Shown here: positions 60,060 to 64,000 of the stretch, piece by piece
Position numbering within the stretch: the stretch's first letter is position 1
How the letters are laid out: the number at the start of each line of letters is the position of its first letter
Source of the DNA: Bugula neritina
Taxonomy: Eukaryota > Animalia > Bryozoa
Length of the DNA: 64,000 nucleotides
Direction: 5' to 3'
Assembly (NCBI GenBank): GCA_964035545.1
Contig: OZ037766.1
Coordinates: 31,982,773 to 32,046,772 of the forward strand
Translations under genes and position numbers: made by a program
The notes under the pieces: generated by a model
Seen by the model: only the letters and a program-made list of their open reading frames with translations
What the model was told of the DNA's origin: nothing
The model's database searches: none

Positions 60060-61700
60060 TGAAAGTAGTGTTCTTCTCTAATAAATAAACTATTATAGCT
60101 ACTGACATTATAATATCTTAAAATGTATGTTATTTCTGCTAATTTTCAGCATTTCTTAAGCTTATAAGCCAAACTTTCCCTTTCTATGGCAAAAATTTGA
60201 CTTAAACATGATTTAAAATTGCCTTGACTGGTTTAGACATTGTGTTGGTTTTCTGAGTTCGACCCAGCTTTGATAACTGATTAACAACCAACATTTGATA
60301 AAAGTAAATACTTCTATCACGATAATTATAAACTTTGCTTAGCAGTCACTACCACTATGGGTTATGAGGTTTACCATATAAAATGACATCAGCAAAAAAT
60401 ACTTTTACATTTATTCATTTTCATTCAATATAAACAAAAAATTTAGTGATATAGGCCAAACACAACACCAATCAAACTAAAGCTTGAAATAGAAATAAAA
60501 ACTTTAGTCATCGTTTAATGATTTACAACTACTTTCATAAAACATTTTTAAATTGAAAAATAATTTCAACTTATTCTAACATAAAGATTTAATCTTATAC
60601 CGTATTTTTGGTTTAAACTAAATAACTTACAGACATGAAGTTAGAGCATAAAAATCCAACAAGAAATAAACATAAAAATAAAATTGAAACTCAAAATTAC
60701 TATAAGGATATGCTTTTCAGTTTTTATAACTATCAGACTCAGTCTCAGTATCACTATCAGAATGTGTATCTCTGAACTTTCACATCAAATCAAAATATTA
60801 TATAAATATCCAATTGCATTCTTTATCATGATTACATTTATTGTTTTAATCTAGAAGTATATCATTGTTGCAATCATTACTTAAGTCTACCTCTATAATC
60901 ATCATGATAAGAATGAATCAGATTTAATATTATGAGTAAAGTTTTACCCGATTGACATTTAACATTAATTCATTATCATTATGATTAATACTATGATTAT
61001 CATACTCATTATGATTATCATACTCATGATTATGATTATCTATATGATTATTAACTATCATAATCATTATCATTAATCATTATTGAGTGTTTTGCATCAA
61101 GATGTTAAATTTCAAATATAGTTGTCAATAAATATAATAAAATAATGATAATATTAATATTAATAATAAAATTAAATAAAGTTGAACAGTAAGAGTAAAC
61201 TCAAAATAAAAATGAAAAACTTTTTATTTTGGTTTATTATGGCTAGTGACAATTATATTTTAAGTTAAATAACATGAGTGTGATAAAAAGCACTGAGTTA
61301 TTCTCACAACTTTGACTATGTTTTTAAACTATTTTTGAATTGACATATTACATATGCTAATTAATAGTTTTATCGTTATTATAGTTATAAATATATATAA
61401 TTCTGTTTTTGGCGAAATTTTGTTAACAAATGGCAAAAACCGAAACGCCAAATTGCAAGCCATGCGAATTTTGATTAGTCCAACTTGTCAAACTTGTAAT
61501 GTGATTGGATTACCATCTAGAACAGATAGTGATCGATAGGGAATTCGCTGCGGCCCTACTGACCGTGACTCCAAAAAGTTGAATAAAAAAAATATATTTT
61601 CACTCATTAGACTTGGCTATTACAATTTATTTTCAATTTAGTAACTCAGAACGAGTGGGCTGAGTTGTTATACATTGAAGCGTAATTTTTGTTCACAAAA
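60060..61700. promoter_or_regulatory. Divergent (head-to-head) intergenic region of GPALPP1 and PSMD7, probable bidirectional promoter
   Basis: The ATGs are 1.66 kb apart. GPALPP1 has an acceptor (tttcag|, ~60059) just before its ATG, implying a 5'-UTR exon closer to PSMD7. A relatively CpG-richer patch lies at ~61410-61570. Confidence 0.5.

Positions 61701-64000
<2,300 letters not shown>

Overview
This is AT-rich, intron-rich animal genomic DNA from an invertebrate (possibly a lophotrochozoan; the taxon cannot be fixed from the sequence alone). It is not prokaryotic, and I found no CRISPR array, rRNA or intact tRNA. Seven spliced protein-coding genes could be rebuilt by hand with phase-consistent splice junctions: the 3' part of a FAT1/3 (kugelei/Fat2-type) cadherin (+, <478..18929, 26 coding exons in the window), COMMD8 (-), an ELF/E74-family ETS factor (-), IWS1/Spn1 (-), a DEG/ENaC channel (-), GPALPP1 (-) and PSMD7/Rpn8 (+, runs off the end). 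There is also one tRNA-derived SINE and more than 20 intronic or intergenic minisatellites, which produce most of the long ORFs in the ORF track. The most unusual signal is that the minisatellites repeatedly start or end at exon edges and several have amplified the splice site itself. Examples are 6 tandem acceptors in Fat, 14 tandem donors in IWS1 and 8 in-frame tandem donors in the DEG/ENaC gene. Older degenerate repeats sit at three stop codons, and most units share an ACTGT/ACAGT core. Two frame-preserving cassette exons are also predicted in Fat: a 32-aa Ser/Thr-rich insert inside a cadherin repeat, and a cytoplasmic insert behind a GC donor at the position where vertebrate FAT1/FAT3 are alternatively spliced. 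All functional readings are hypotheses that need RNA-seq.
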